Source: Phoronis australis
Lineage: Eukaryota; Animalia; Phoronida
NCBI GenBank assembly: GCA_002633005.1
Contig: NMRA01000139.1
Span: 186,001-250,000 of the forward strand
Direction: 5' to 3'
Length of the DNA: 64,000 bases
The notes beneath the pieces were generated by a model. It was not told the DNA's origin, searched no databases, and saw only the letters and a program-made list of their open reading frames with translations. A program made the position numbers and the translations under genes. This document shows positions 14,759 to 27,602 of the stretch, in pieces (the stretch's first letter is position 1; each line of letters begins with the position of its first letter).

Positions 14759-15349
14759 GTAGGTCAAATGGCGACGGGGGTTTTTAAAAAATTATTTTGG
14801 TCCAATTTAGTAGGTAAGCTTACCTTTTTCTAAAACAATAAAAGTCGTCAATTGTACAATAGTGCATGAGAAATGGAGTGAAGTATATGATGAGTAAGTT
14901 GTATACGTTTTGGAAATACACACAGGCATCTGAAAGTTTCTATTAATGCTTACAGAAAGTTATAAATTACCGTTTTTAGAGATGCATCATTTCCAAATTA
15001 TTTGAACATTTTTACAGCTGCACGGACTGGTAAAACATTAGTGGATGTGGGCATACTGTAGGAGAACAGTAGTGCTCTGTAGAGCAGTTGTTAAATGAGA
15101 ATTGTTACAATGTATGAATTAGTAACATAGCGATCAGGCATAATGCGTATCACAATGTGGGCAGTTGTAATTCAAAACCTCTGGTAGCAATCTATGACAG
15201 AAGGCAGATTTATAGATTCGCAGAGACGGATACGTGACCGTTATTTTTATCATAAACGGAATAACTCACCTCGACGGCTAAAGCATATTTTGCCTAGTTA
15301 TTGAAGGCATGTATTGTATCAGTTAGTAGTGTTGCGTGTGTGGTTGCAG

Positions 15350-15527
15350 GGTATGCAGAACTTCCCCACTGCCATGCCTGTCTCCGTGCCCGTCCATCCC
15401 GTGTACCAGGTTCAGCAGACGGCCCAGCCTCAGCAGCACATGCCTGTCAGCTCACAGACTGGGGCCCTGCTGCAGCATCACAGTCTGTCCCAGGTCAGCC
15501 CCAGCAGTCCCCGACCCAGCTCAACAG
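15350..15527 (+). CDS. mef2: MEF2 coding exon 4
   Basis: ttgcag|GMQNFPTAMPVSVPV...SPSSPRPSST(G)|gtgagt; MPVSVPV motif typical of MEF2; phase 0-1. Confidence 0.93.
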
Positions 15528-17587
15528 GTGAGTCATCGCGGTGCACTGCACTCCCTACCTCTTTGCTAAGAGACGTGGGGGCCACGGGTGGTGCACTGCT
15601 ATGTGTGGGGCGGTTTTCTGCGACTGAAACTTTTGAGTGAAGAAGTGTTAGTTCTTCGGGCTTGATTGCAACTCCGAAGGATGCTGTTTGAGGCAAAAGA
15701 CTTGCGAGTGCTAGTTGGCAGACATTTTGTCTGTTTCTCACAGACCAGTATCTGTAATATTTGCTATTTCCGGTTCTGTTTGTGACAAATAAAGAATCTT
15801 TTTACAAAATAATCCCTGGTTACTCATTTTTCATTAGTTGCCAAAGTTTTTTTTTCAAAATTAATTGATGTGTCACACTTATTAAATACTCAAGTTCTGC
15901 CTTCTCTCTGAAGATTACATTTCTAATGAAATATATAGGTCACTATAAAAATTACACTATCATATTACTGAGACTGCTTCAACTGCATCAGTTAGTATAA
16001 GGAGGTTCGTGAAAGCACACCGAAAAAAATGAACCTAATTTTTGTACTTTAAATTAGTAAATGTTTACTTGTGCTATGGTGTAAGCAGAAACTGCCGCCA
16101 TTTTGGCTTAGTGGACTTGCTCATTGTGTTACAAACAGTTGAATTCACAAAGCTTGCCTATACTATACATACTATGATTCAGTCTTTGAAGACCTCCCAC
16201 TGTAGTCTTAATCTCTTTGTGCCCATTCTCTCCTGGCTATAGTTTTTACTAAATTACTTGTTAATGGTTTTCAAGTGGTGCTTTAAGACTGATGGAGAGG
16301 TGCAGTAATTCTTCCCGTATTTGTGCACTGAATTAGAATGTAGTCGTGGCTGGAAGGAGCACGTAACTGAATCAGCTTGGTAACTTCTGAGGTCATCGCG
16401 GACTTTGAAGCTGTTAACGGCCGCTCTTCAGTCAAAATATGACCTTTGATTTAGACCAGCAGCTTAAAAATGATTTCGATTTGTATCCTGCTCACATTGG
16501 ACACAATTTCTGGGCTTGGAAAAAAACTTTTTACTGGTAAAAATATTCTGACCTTTGATGATGTGGACATAAACAGGATATTGCTGTCCACATACGCATG
16601 TAGGCAGAATTTTTGAGAAAATGCTCTAATTAGACAGTACAGTGGGATTTTTTGCAACGACATAAATATGTGTTAGGAAAAATAGTCTTTGTTTTCTTGG
16701 TTGTTCTAGGAACTTTTAACGGAACTGATTTTCGTCATTTGGAGTAAGGTCGAAAAGCCGTTGGAAAGAGAAAGATTAATTTTAATTGACAATCTTGGCA
16801 ATTATTTTTTCGCAAAATAAGCCTAAAGAATTGCCATAATGGTCATAATCTCCCCTGTCATTTCCTGCTAGTGAGCAGTTAACATGCATGTGTTAATGGT
16901 TGTTTGACGCTCACCCCTTCTGCATGCTGCGGAGGTATATTAGCCATCACGTATACTAAGAGTGGATTTCAGAAACGCAGTCAAAGCAAAAAGGGTCTTA
17001 ACTGGAATTTTTGGTGATGGATTTTTATTTAGTTTTGATTGGGTGCCTCGTCTCTGTGTGATACAGCAACCATTGTGGATCCACGAGAAACGATTATCTT
17101 CATTAAGATTTACCAAAAAAAATTTTGTTACGTGAAGTTTTTGTTGAAATTGAATTTGTACCTATCTTACTGAACATTAAGTAAAATAAGTTAACTTTGT
17201 AATCACTCGATCCTTAGTGCCATAGTACGTAGTGTTTTGCCTTTGATTGTCTCCAGTAAAATCTCACCAATTTAGGGCACAATATGGCGGGCAAGTGAAA
17301 TTTATTTAACATCTTTTCCAGATGTGTAGCACCAGATAATGATTTTCCGCGTTCATGTTTTGTTGCGCATCCACCGCCATACTAGGCTTTGAAAATTGTA
17401 GGCATTCGCAACTATGTTTAAAGTCCTTGAGTAAAATGAAAAAGTGGCGTTTTTGGCAATCATTTTTTTAATACGAATTTGGTGAGAATTTAATGTATTC
17501 CAGTTTGGATGGCTAATGCATATGTTTCGTTTTGCTTGGGTTGTGGTGTGTTTGCTTGACCTCTCCCCGTTTCTTCCGCTCTGCCAG

Positions 17588-17689
17588 GAAATTACGAACA
17601 GACGCTGCGACCTTTGCCTGAAAATCCAAACCTGCTCTCCCCGAACCACGCTCGTACGAGCCCAATACCACAGAGACCCAACTCGACAG
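17588..17689 (+). CDS. mef2: MEF2 exon 5a (duplicated, candidate alternative exon)
   Basis: Pyrimidine tract + gccag|(G)NYEQTLRPLPENPNLLSPNHARTSPIPQRPNST(G)|gtaatg; 102 nt, phase 1-1. Confidence 0.88.
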
Positions 17690-17864
17690 GTAATGGTGCT
17701 GTCTGGTGGTTTTGGAGAGAACTACGCTTCAAAGCTATTGACGCACCAACTTCTATATGTAATGAGCAGTACATAACTAGGTGGCCAAAGTTAATGGAGT
17801 GAACAGAGTGTTTTATTTGTTTTGCTTCTGAACTGTACGTTGTCCAGTCAGGTATTGTAAACTG

Positions 17865-18510
17865 GGGTCTGTTTCATGAAACTTTTTGTTTTAACTTGAC
17901 TGAAATCGAGCTAACTTCAGAGTAAAATGTCGTTAGTCCTGTTTCGTGATATTTCCTATTATTAAGACTGAATGTCAGCCTGCTATGGGATAGGCTTGGA
18001 ATTGAACTTTTGGTCTGAATGACCAAAATTTAGGACTATCACCTCTGTGAACTTAGGGAACAAATTGTGGTGATATTTTCAAAGTCTAATGTCTCTAAAC
18101 ATTGTCAAATTAAACATCATCTGCTTTTGATGTGAGAACCGGCAAAGGCAGTAGAAAAAATGCAGTGTGACTTACTAGCTCATTTGAAATTTTTTTAGCC
18201 AAACCAGGGTCTTCTTCAGCAAATGAGATCCTAACTGTATCCAAAATGTAAATAAATTCCCATTAATCAGTTTCCAGACCAAGAGTATTTTTGACACCGT
18301 ATTTCACACATCACCTCGCTTAATTTTGAGAATTCACAACAGGTGGTGAAAGCATAGTTTGTATGCTCACCTATGTCAAAAACTGACTTAATTTCTTTCT
18401 AAGTTAAAACGGAAGACAAAAGATCGATCTTTTCTGAAATTTGGTCTTCGGTCTTAACTTTGACAAATTTTTGGTCTTAAGCCAATTGTAAGTTTTCATG
18501 AAACAAGCCC
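17865..18510. mobile_element. PIF/Harbinger-like non-autonomous element
   Basis: TIRs gggtctgtttcatgaaact / agttttcatgaaacaagccc flanked by CTG on both sides; similar end fragment at ~53790-53826. Confidence 0.7.
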
Positions 18511-21144
18511 CTGGAGTGCATTCTGTAGACCTTCTCTCTTACAAGTTGAGCAAGATCTTGCAAAATCACACTAGTGAAAAGTGACTTTTTCAGAGCTAAC
18601 TAGCCTGTCCTAGCAAAATGGTGGCTACTGAGTGATTGGTCGGCGAGGATGGCATGTTCAATTGTGGGATTTAATATACTGTGTCCGTTCCATCATTGAA
18701 GATTTTTTTGCCACAAGTGCAAGCTAATATGCTGCGGTCTATGGCATGCATCCCCTAACTCTTTCAGCAAACGTGCAAAATACGCCTGCTTTTGGTCTGG
18801 TCCATCTGATTAACAAGACATTAACTTTGTGTATGGCTAGTTATTATTTCAGTGCGGCCATTTTTGTGTTCTTAACTTTTGCCTTTTTTGCATTCAACAT
18901 AAGCCTACTTACTGTCTGCGGCATGGTTACACTGCAACAATTTTTTCGTGAAAGATTTGTGGCTCTAAATGAATACTTTATCACTTGAAGGTATATTGAT
19001 GCAGTTTGGGAAGTCAGGTTTTACACAGTAGCAAAAGTCGAACGTTTTGATGTGTGCATAAAAAATTAGTCTTTTTTCTATGGTTACACTGTCATTAGGT
19101 CTCATTGATACTATTTTGGGTTTTAGATGAATTATTTTACCTTTATTTGAACTTGGTGGTTTTTACTCACCAATGTAGCACTCAATGAAACTGCATTTTC
19201 TATGCCATTATTACCACCACCAACCATTTGCAATAATGTTAGAAGTCTTTGAAAAATGAGGGCAATTTATTTTTATACCAATTTAGTGTCATATTCACAT
19301 TCTTATTAATTGAAGATATTTGAAAATCCAACTGTGTGTAAGTTTGGGCTTTACTATGCTTGGTATTGTGTTCGCTTGTCACAGTTAAGTGGCGAAACAC
19401 GTGAAGTTCCTAGATCCCCATATCTCTGTTTTGTTTCTTCGTTTTTCTGCTTTTGAAGTTAAGTAAACGCAGCTCTGCGTTTATACATTTGACTTCTTAT
19501 GGTACTGTCCCTGTCTTGACCACAGGCAGAAAAGTCGTTACACTTTTTGTTCATTTTATGTTCATTTTGCATCTAAATGAATTTAGTGCATGACTAACTT
19601 TCCCTGCGCGTTCAGTTAGATGCCAATAGGTGTCACTAGTGTCACCTGACAGCCCCCATTTTTATTATCCCATCGTGTTTACTGATATTTTCCAGTTTTT
19701 CTGTATTTAGATTGGAACCGGACAATAATCTGATGACTTCATGTTAATTAAGTTTGTGGTATGAGCTTTTACAGAGCTCCCTTGCTTGTGAATTACTTGG
19801 AAACAAAAAGGTGGAGGGTGTTTCTTTTTCTGGCATGGTCACAGCACAAACTGAAGACGAAATAGGCACGGGATTTCATCACATGCGTTACGTTTTAGAA
19901 TACATCATACTTAGATACATGCAAACAAGAAGTGCAAAACTAAAACCCTCACTACCTAGAAGGTTCTTACATTTGCCTGGTTGGGAAATTGCAAACCATT
20001 TTCCAGTGATCTGCAGTTTATGAATCTGCTTTGTTTGCAAAAATTCCAAACTGCAAGTTGTCTGGAGTGCTTTTATGCAAAAGCTAAGTTGGCTCTTAGA
20101 AAGCTGTAATTTCAGTCAAAAGGTTTACTTCCGACTTGATTTTGTTGTTAATTCATACCAATGTCAATCAGCTCTCAGGACTGAGGCTTCAAGAGGCCCT
20201 GTTAAACTCCGGGTTGTGTTCCGCACACCTTCGCTTTGTGAACGAAAGCAGTGAATTCGGTTCTATTGTACATATCAACCTCACCAGCCAGTCACTTCAA
20301 TGGACGCTATTTTACTAGGGTATGCTAATAATCTCCCAGCGTGCTCCCAAAATATTTGCCTTCTCTCTTGTGATCTTGATTTTCCTCTAGGTTCTTCTGT
20401 CTACGCAACACACACCTGCCCTGTTTTCTTAATGAAAAATCTGCTAAAGTTGTGTTTCATCATATATAAAGCTGTGGGTACACTGGTGGTCTCAAACTAC
20501 TTTCTTGTTCAATAGAGGCCACTACTAGTCATAGGTTCCTAATAAAGCATCAAAGTTATTTTAAATATCTGCTCACTGATTTTACAAGAAGTTGCTGGAA
20601 TGCATTCAACAATGCCATGTGGACACTTGTAAGACACTTGATGGAAATAAAGACACAGAGTATTCTTGGTATTGACGCACTGTTTTCTCCCACAATTCAA
20701 CATCCTGTCATAGCCATCCAACCACTTTACTTTCACTTGACTTCATTGTGTGAGAGCAAGCTCACAGAACACTTTAGAGATCATCTGCATCACTTGTGTG
20801 TGTGATCTTGGGGGTGGCAACTGGCAACTTACACATCCCCATGTTTACTAATCAGTTAGGCCCAAATCTCACAAGTTTGCTGTAATCGCATGTTACGACA
20901 ATGTAACATCTCGGTAGCGTTCCACCATTGAGGTCACAAGTGTACATAATGATTGCCACTGAAAATAATTATACAGTTATGTTGTAATGTTGAGTTATGG
21001 AGTACATAAAGTCACCATTTCCATTGGATAAGCCAATAATGGTTCTTGTAAAGTGTCTAGCAAGTATCCCGATTGTTACTGAATGTACCGTTAATCTTGC
21101 ATGTTTAAGGTGTGCTGCATGTGTTTGATCGTCTCTATCCACAG

Positions 21145-21228
21145 GTGGTTATGAGACCCTGCGCCCAGCCAACCTCCTCTCACCCAACCACGCTCGTACC
21201 AGTCCCATTCCAAGACCTAACTCCACAG
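21145..21228 (+). CDS. mef2: MEF2 exon 5b (duplicated, candidate alternative exon)
   Basis: ccacag|(G)GYETLRPANLLSPNHARTSPIPRPNST(G)|gtatga; 84 nt, phase 1-1; paralogous to exon 5a; absent from ORF track. Confidence 0.88.
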
Positions 21229-21988
21229 GTATGATATGTCGACTACCCCCTCGGTGTCTTTGGAGTGGCGTGTCACCCGTAATTAATACAGAAGTGTGGC
21301 ATTGGTGATAAGTATAACAGTTGGTGTTTATTTGGCAAAGTCTAACACCGTGTACTATGACTTTTTGCATTATATTCTTACTCAGTCTCAGCTGTGGTGA
21401 ATTCTTGCAAATTACAGACAAAAATGTCAAATTTGGCCTTTATCTTTTTCTAACATTATTGTGAATCCCCACCATTTTTGATAAATGTTGAACGTTGGTA
21501 GTAATGGTACAAAACTTGGGAATGGTAAAACATAAACTTCACTGGTGATAGTTATAAATGTGAAAGTAGAATAAAATGTTTTTTGCAGTACGCATTTTGA
21601 ATACAACTGTCAAGGTCCTTGTGTTTTCCTACGTGTTGCATTTCATGAGATTTCACTATTAAGCTGGTATCTTGTATAGCGTTGAACGTCCTCATTTATT
21701 TTAAGGTCTTTCTACTTATATCCTATCCATGTTCATTATGGCTTATTGCTTTTAAAGGCCATTGATTTTCTTGCACATTTTTTTCTAGCAGATAATTTCG
21801 ATTCGTGCTTTCAAAGTGCTATTTCAAGTGTAATGCTATGGGGGTTTTTCATTTCCAGTTATGTCCTGTTACTTCCTAATTCGAAACTATTGTTGGAACG
21901 TCATATAGGGCAATTGTCACTCCAAGTGTTAAGTTGCAGTTGGAAAATTTATTATCCACTCCAGTTAATGCTCTGAACTCTCTCTTAG

Positions 21989-22167
21989 GTCAAATGCTCG
22001 ACTTGTCATCCAATGGCTACCAGCAAAGAGCGTCGCCAGGGGCAACTTCGCCCAACAGGCACATGCAGGCCAAGCCTTCTCCACCCCAGGGTGTGCCTGG
22101 AGGTGGTGCCAGTGGGGGTGGTCGTCCCAACTTGAGGGTGATGATACCTAACTCGAGGGGAGACCAA
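21989..22167 (+). CDS. mef2: MEF2 coding exon 6 (MAPK docking motif)
   Basis: tcttag|(G)QMLDLSSNGYQQRASPG...RPNLRVMIPNSRGDQ|gtaagt; RPNLRVMIP matches MEF2 D-domain; phase 1-0. Confidence 0.95.
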
Positions 22168-23367
22168 GTAAGTCACATTGGTTTGGTTGCAGTGGGTCGT
22201 GTTCAGAATTTAAAAACAATTCCTGTGATGGCGGAGAACTTGTTACTGTTCTGATACTTTTAAAGTTGTAAGGTCATTTATAGTTCAAAGGTCATTTATA
22301 AATCAAGGCAGCTTCATTCCTTTCCTGTTCGGCTGTCCATGTTGAATTTTTAATCATTGCCAAGTTCATTGCTTCTTGAGTTATTGCCTCATGAGCTTGC
22401 AACTCGGGTCACAGACAATGCTTACACGCGCATCTTCAAATCTGCGATTTTAGGTTTGGCCAGCCCCAATAAACACTAAACCGTTTTCCCCGAGTCGCTG
22501 ATGCTTTCAATGTTAGTGCTGGTAATGAAAGTGAACCGGTTTCAATTGTGTTCAAGGCCCAGTTTGGTCTTTGTGTTTAGCCAGCGTAACAGAGTGCAGG
22601 TTTAATAGATGAAATTATGTGACATGTTGCAGCCTGCTTATGGTGAGGATGGGTAAACACATCCTGGGCTTAAAGTTGTGTGACTGTTAAATTAGAATGT
22701 ATATGTGTTTCATAGGTGAATCCTCTGTTTAAATATTAGAAGAAATATGAACATTCAAACACTGAAAATAAGGCGAGTTAATGTTTCCAATTATTCGTGG
22801 TTATACCAGGGATGGACGCAAAATTTCCAAGTTGCCAAATGGAACTGAGGTCGCCACAACAAGAAAAATCTCGAAGAGGGGAATGTGCAAGTCCTGCCTC
22901 CTACAAACGACGCCTAGTTGTCAGGAACCGCTAATGAATTGAAAAATAGCAATGTCGGATGGCGTGCCCTTTTGATTTTTGGAGGATTGTGATTCTGACT
23001 TTTGTCTGTTTGCTTCATGAAGTATTTAGAGTGCATGCACGGCTGTATGTATGGCGACTTCGTGGTGACTTGGGATTTTTATCAGGTCGTCTAATGAAGT
23101 CTGAGGTCTCATTGACGACCTGAAATCGCGTTCTTTTATACTATGTCCTGTGTAGGACTCCTGGGCATTATTTTGGCTTGTTGTACAATCTCGTAACTTA
23201 GTCTGTCACAGTTTGAAGTTTCATATATCTGTGTTTCCGAAAGCGAGCACAGTTGAACTTTGAATTTTGATGCAGAATACCCTAGTAGGTATAGTTTCAT
23301 TCATCAACTCAACATTGCTTTTAACTCATATATATATAATACTTATATGGCATATTTCTCCATTCAG

Positions 23368-23461
23368 GGTTTGCAACGGACAGCCAATAATGCCCTTGCT
23401 ACTCCGGTTGTGTCCATGACGACCCCAAGCAACTACCCTGGACTCTCGGCTTTCCCCACAG
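23368..23461 (+). CDS. mef2: MEF2 coding exon 7 (transactivation TP sites)
   Basis: attcag|GLQRTANNALATPVVSMTTPSNYPGLSAFPT(G)|gtgagt; LATPVVSxxTPS matches the p38 target motif; phase 0-1. Confidence 0.95.
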
Positions 23462-25174
23462 GTGAGTTTACAATCTTAGACCATTATAGCCAAACTGCAC
23501 GTGTGTATGTGGGCTTTTATGGTTACGAAGTAATTTGTGTGCCAGTGACTTCTTTGGAATTGGTAAGAAAGACAGGGTTGAAACATTAACCAAGAGCCAT
23601 TTTTTATCTTCCATGAAACAGAAGAGTAAACATGCGATATAAAAATGAACATAATAGTATGTCGTAAAATTTCACCATTGTAGAAACCACTGCGGAATTA
23701 TTTTGTTTAAATACTGTGTCACTTGATATCCATGGAGACGAAGCAATTAACTTAAAACCAACTTTAAGCACCCATATATACATATCTGGGTGCATATTGC
23801 TGTCATCTCTGTCCAGTGTCCGGTGTCTGCTGCTGTATCCTAAACCCCTTGCAGGATCTTCATGAAATTTAGCAAGTGTGGTAGTATGAAGCTGGCAACA
23901 GATGATGGCGATTTCCAAACAGATGCAACATCTTTTGTGCCACCTAGTGCCAATTTTATTATTTTTTACAGATATCTGAATCTTCAGAGTTCCTTGGTTG
24001 ATTTTCATTTTGCAAACGGGTTTATATTAAGGGGACATCTAGACCAATTTTATTGTTTTCAAGTCTATCACACAGGACCTTTATGAAAATTGTCAGATGT
24101 GCTCCTGATGAGAGCATGGCTGACATTAATTTTGTTACAAGATTGACTACTGTTGTGCCCACTAGTGGCATTTTTTGCGTCTACGGTCCGACTAATGATG
24201 TGTCCCCCAGTTTCAATTATAGTTTTTAACTTTGCCTCGCTATCTATGGAGTTCCTAAATGGATTTTCTTTGGCAAATAGGTTTCTGTTAAGGAGGCAGC
24301 AATGCTTTTCCATTTTGTAATATATTCGCAACATTTTGCACCACCTAGTAGCTATTTTTTATTTTCGAGTCCTATTTTTATGTCCAACTCTCTCATGAAA
24401 ATTGGCAAATGTATTCCTATTCACAAGAACAGGACTGACATTGATTTTCAGACATGCTCGACTACTTTGGTGCCCCCTAATGGCATTTTGTTGCATCTGC
24501 GGTAGCGTCTCCTCAACCCGTTGCGGGATCTTTGTGTAATTTGGCAAGTGTATTCCTAGGAACTTGATAACAGACGGACGGATCCGACTACTGCCATGCT
24601 TCCTAATGGAATTTTTTTTGTTTGCTTGTGTATCTTTGGAGTTCCTTGATGGATTTTCATGTGATAAACCACCCCGGAAGAGAGCTGTGTTGGAGTTGTG
24701 GCGCATTTCAACACTTCACATTGGTCTCTTTTTATGTTGTAGTAACAGAACCTGAAACTCATTTTTCGGTTAGTATGAATAATGAAAAATTTTTAACATA
24801 AAGGTATATCAGAAATTTATATCGTCATTGAAACCAGTGCAGAGTTATTTTGCTTCAATACTGTGTCATTTTATGTCCATAACATAACACTCCATGTGAA
24901 CACAATGCACTTAGTGTTGGAAGAAACGTGAACCATTTCAGGCTCACATCTTGTGTACATCATTTTATAGTGATATGTAGGATATGGATTCTTACACTGA
25001 TATGAATTCCCCATTACCTAGCGCCAACATGTAAGAACATTTGTGAACTTTATGTTGTCAAATAGTACGATCCAAGTTGTTGGAATTTTAGTCGGAATTC
25101 AGTATACTTGGCCTGCCCTTTGTACGTAATTATAATGGTTTTTCTGATGGAAACCCATATTCTTGATCTTGCAG

Positions 25175-25304
25175 GCGACTTTCAACTGAACACTGCAGAT
25201 ATTCAGAACCTGGCGTTTAACTCACCTGGGATCCTTCACAATCCCTGGGGAACACAGGGACCTCTGTCAGCCGCAGTACAGGCGGCAGGACTGAACCACC
25301 CACA
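25175..25304 (+). CDS. mef2: MEF2 coding exon 8
   Basis: ttgcag|(G)DFQLNTADIQNLAFNSPG...AAGLNHP(H)|gtaagt; phase 1-2 fits both neighbours. Confidence 0.92.
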
Positions 25305-25419
25305 GTAAGTGTCTGCCACCAGCGGTCTAACATCTGTGGATAACTTGTAAACTGAATGGTTGAAGTACTCGTGAACCTGTTACAAGAAACAATTTTTGAT
25401 TTAAGACATTTACCGTTGC

Positions 25420-25737
25420 GAAATTGAGACCAGCTTCTACAGCTTGACTTGTCATAGCGTATCATATTATTTGAAATTGAGACCAGCTTCTACAGCTTGA
25501 CTTGTCGTAGCGTATCATATTATTTGAAATTGAGACAAGCTTCTACCGCTTGACTTGTCATAGCGTATCATATTATTTGAAATTGAGACCAGCTTCTACA
25601 GCTTGACTTGTCATAGCGTATCATATTATTTGAAATTGAGACCAGCTTCTACAGCTTGACTTGTCATAGCGTATCATATTATTTGAAGTTGAGACCAGCT
25701 TCTACAGCTTGACTTGTCATAGCGTATCATATTATTT
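25420..25737. repeat. 53-bp minisatellite, 6 near-identical copies
   Basis: gaaattgagaccagcttctacagcttgacttgtcatagcgtatcatattattt starting at 25420, 25473, 25526, 25579, 25632, 25685. Confidence 0.97.
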
Positions 25738-27602
25738 ACTGAGCATGGTCTTGAAGAGTAACAAACCGCCAGTTATTTGCAAGACGAAAAATCTCTTCTC
25801 ATTTCATTGAGGACAAGTTGAGACAAATATTATTGATGGTCTAAATCAAACATTTTGTATGGAACAGGGATTTTGAGCAGCTTTAAGTTTCTTACCAATA
25901 GATGTCACTCATGTTGTGTGGCTTTGGTTAGTGGGCATTACAATAGAGTATTAGCGGATCTTGCTAGGGGTATATTGTTCTGGGTCGCCACATTTGCAAA
26001 TTATTTTCATCTGGGAGTATTTCCATTCAGAAATATCTCCTTCACTCCACATGCAGTGTAGAAAGGCACCACAGTTGGTTGGCTGATATTTAAAGCCATA
26101 CAGATGATTGTAATAATTAGAACAACAAAAGAATGTCTTTGAAGAGATGGTTAACAGTTCACTAAGCTATGCACTGCTCACTGCCCTCGAGGGGGACAGG
26201 AGGGTTTTGTCATGGTGACAGAACCACTTCTTTCAAAGTCGACTTGTAAGATGATCAGAGTGCAAAGACTGTCAATACTGATTTTGTGATCTGCAAGTTT
26301 GTCTTAAAGTTGTGTAGGACCCTATTGACAGGCCTGCGTATTTATCCATGTATCTACAAAGCTACTGCAGATTTTAACTTGATAAAAGTAAAATATTTTC
26401 TGAAAGCAGGCATCCTGTAGAATTTGATATTTGACTTCTTACCAGCCTGACATCAATTTGGTCACGTGACTACATCATTTTAGCGAAATTTAGCAAACAA
26501 GAAATTTGCATTGATAACAAAACTATGGTATCGATAAAATGGTCGATTTTACATAAATGTCCAAGATGAGATTTCAAAAATGCTTGTACAGTTTACTAAA
26601 ATATCAATTTGTTGTAAAGACTGGGTTTGTTCATGAAAATCATAAGAATCCTATTCTTTTGGGTAACCTTGTGGTACATTTTAGAAACGATTCCTGTTAA
26701 TAGTTTTGGAGAACAACGCATAAAGCACAGTACGTATCTGGAAGTTTCTTGCGAATCCAGTCGGCCATTTTTGAGATACGATGTTCCGAAGTTTGTCAGA
26801 TTTGGACATTTTTCTAGGGTCTCCCATAACCGAACATTTCCGACATACGTATGCTTTAATTACTAGGACTGTCTGTTCATTGAGACTCATTGATGCATTC
26901 CGTACGTGTTCGTTTAGTTGTGTGCTTGGTGAAAAGTATCTGATTGTGACCTATTAAGACATTCTTAAATTGCGTTTGCCTTAAATTGCAATGCAACTGT
27001 TGGCACGTTTGGCACATACAAAATGATGGCGCTACTTTCTCAATATTAGCCCTTAAAAGGTGTGTTGAAATATTTGATGTTTACCAGTTGTCAGCTCTTG
27101 TCATGCTTGGACTTGTCATATGGTTACCAAGCTTACTTCAATGGGAAACCTCCCATTTTCTCCGTGCTTTTCACTGCTGAAGGAAGGTACTGCGGTAAAC
27201 AATGCAAATTTTTAAAAGAGCCCTACACTTTCTTCCAAGAGAACCCCTTGGGTATTTTCTAATGCAAAATCACTTCAGGAAAAGGGATGTTTCCAAAAGC
27301 GCCCTCTAGTGAATCTTTTGGAAATCACCAATAAAGCCCCAGCGGTACTTTTTATTAAACTGCACCTCAGGGCTTGAAGTCACTTTTCACTCGGGCTTGA
27401 AGTCACCTTTCTGTGATAACTCATGAGTACATCATCTTAAGATGCGGACATCTGTTACTAATACTTTCTTCCCTGCTTCCTGTAGTTATGCAAAATGTTT
27501 CTCATGTTCAAATGAGACAATAAAGCCAGACCCGATGTTTGAACATTTTGCCCATCTCAGGTGTCTCTTGTTATATTTTTCACATTTCTTTTTTCTCTAC
27601 AG

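Noticed and set aside
19616-19629. Micro-exon after the ACTAAC motif
   Set aside because: Possible lengths (14 or 10 nt) are not 3n and the donor gtgtca is poor
22168-23367. Vertebrate-type acidic beta micro-exon
   Set aside because: No phase 0-0 micro-exon with credible sites; the acceptor at 22715 runs into an in-frame stop
25420-25737. CRISPR-like appearance of the 53-bp array
   Set aside because: No unique spacers; contiguous tandem units in a eukaryotic intron
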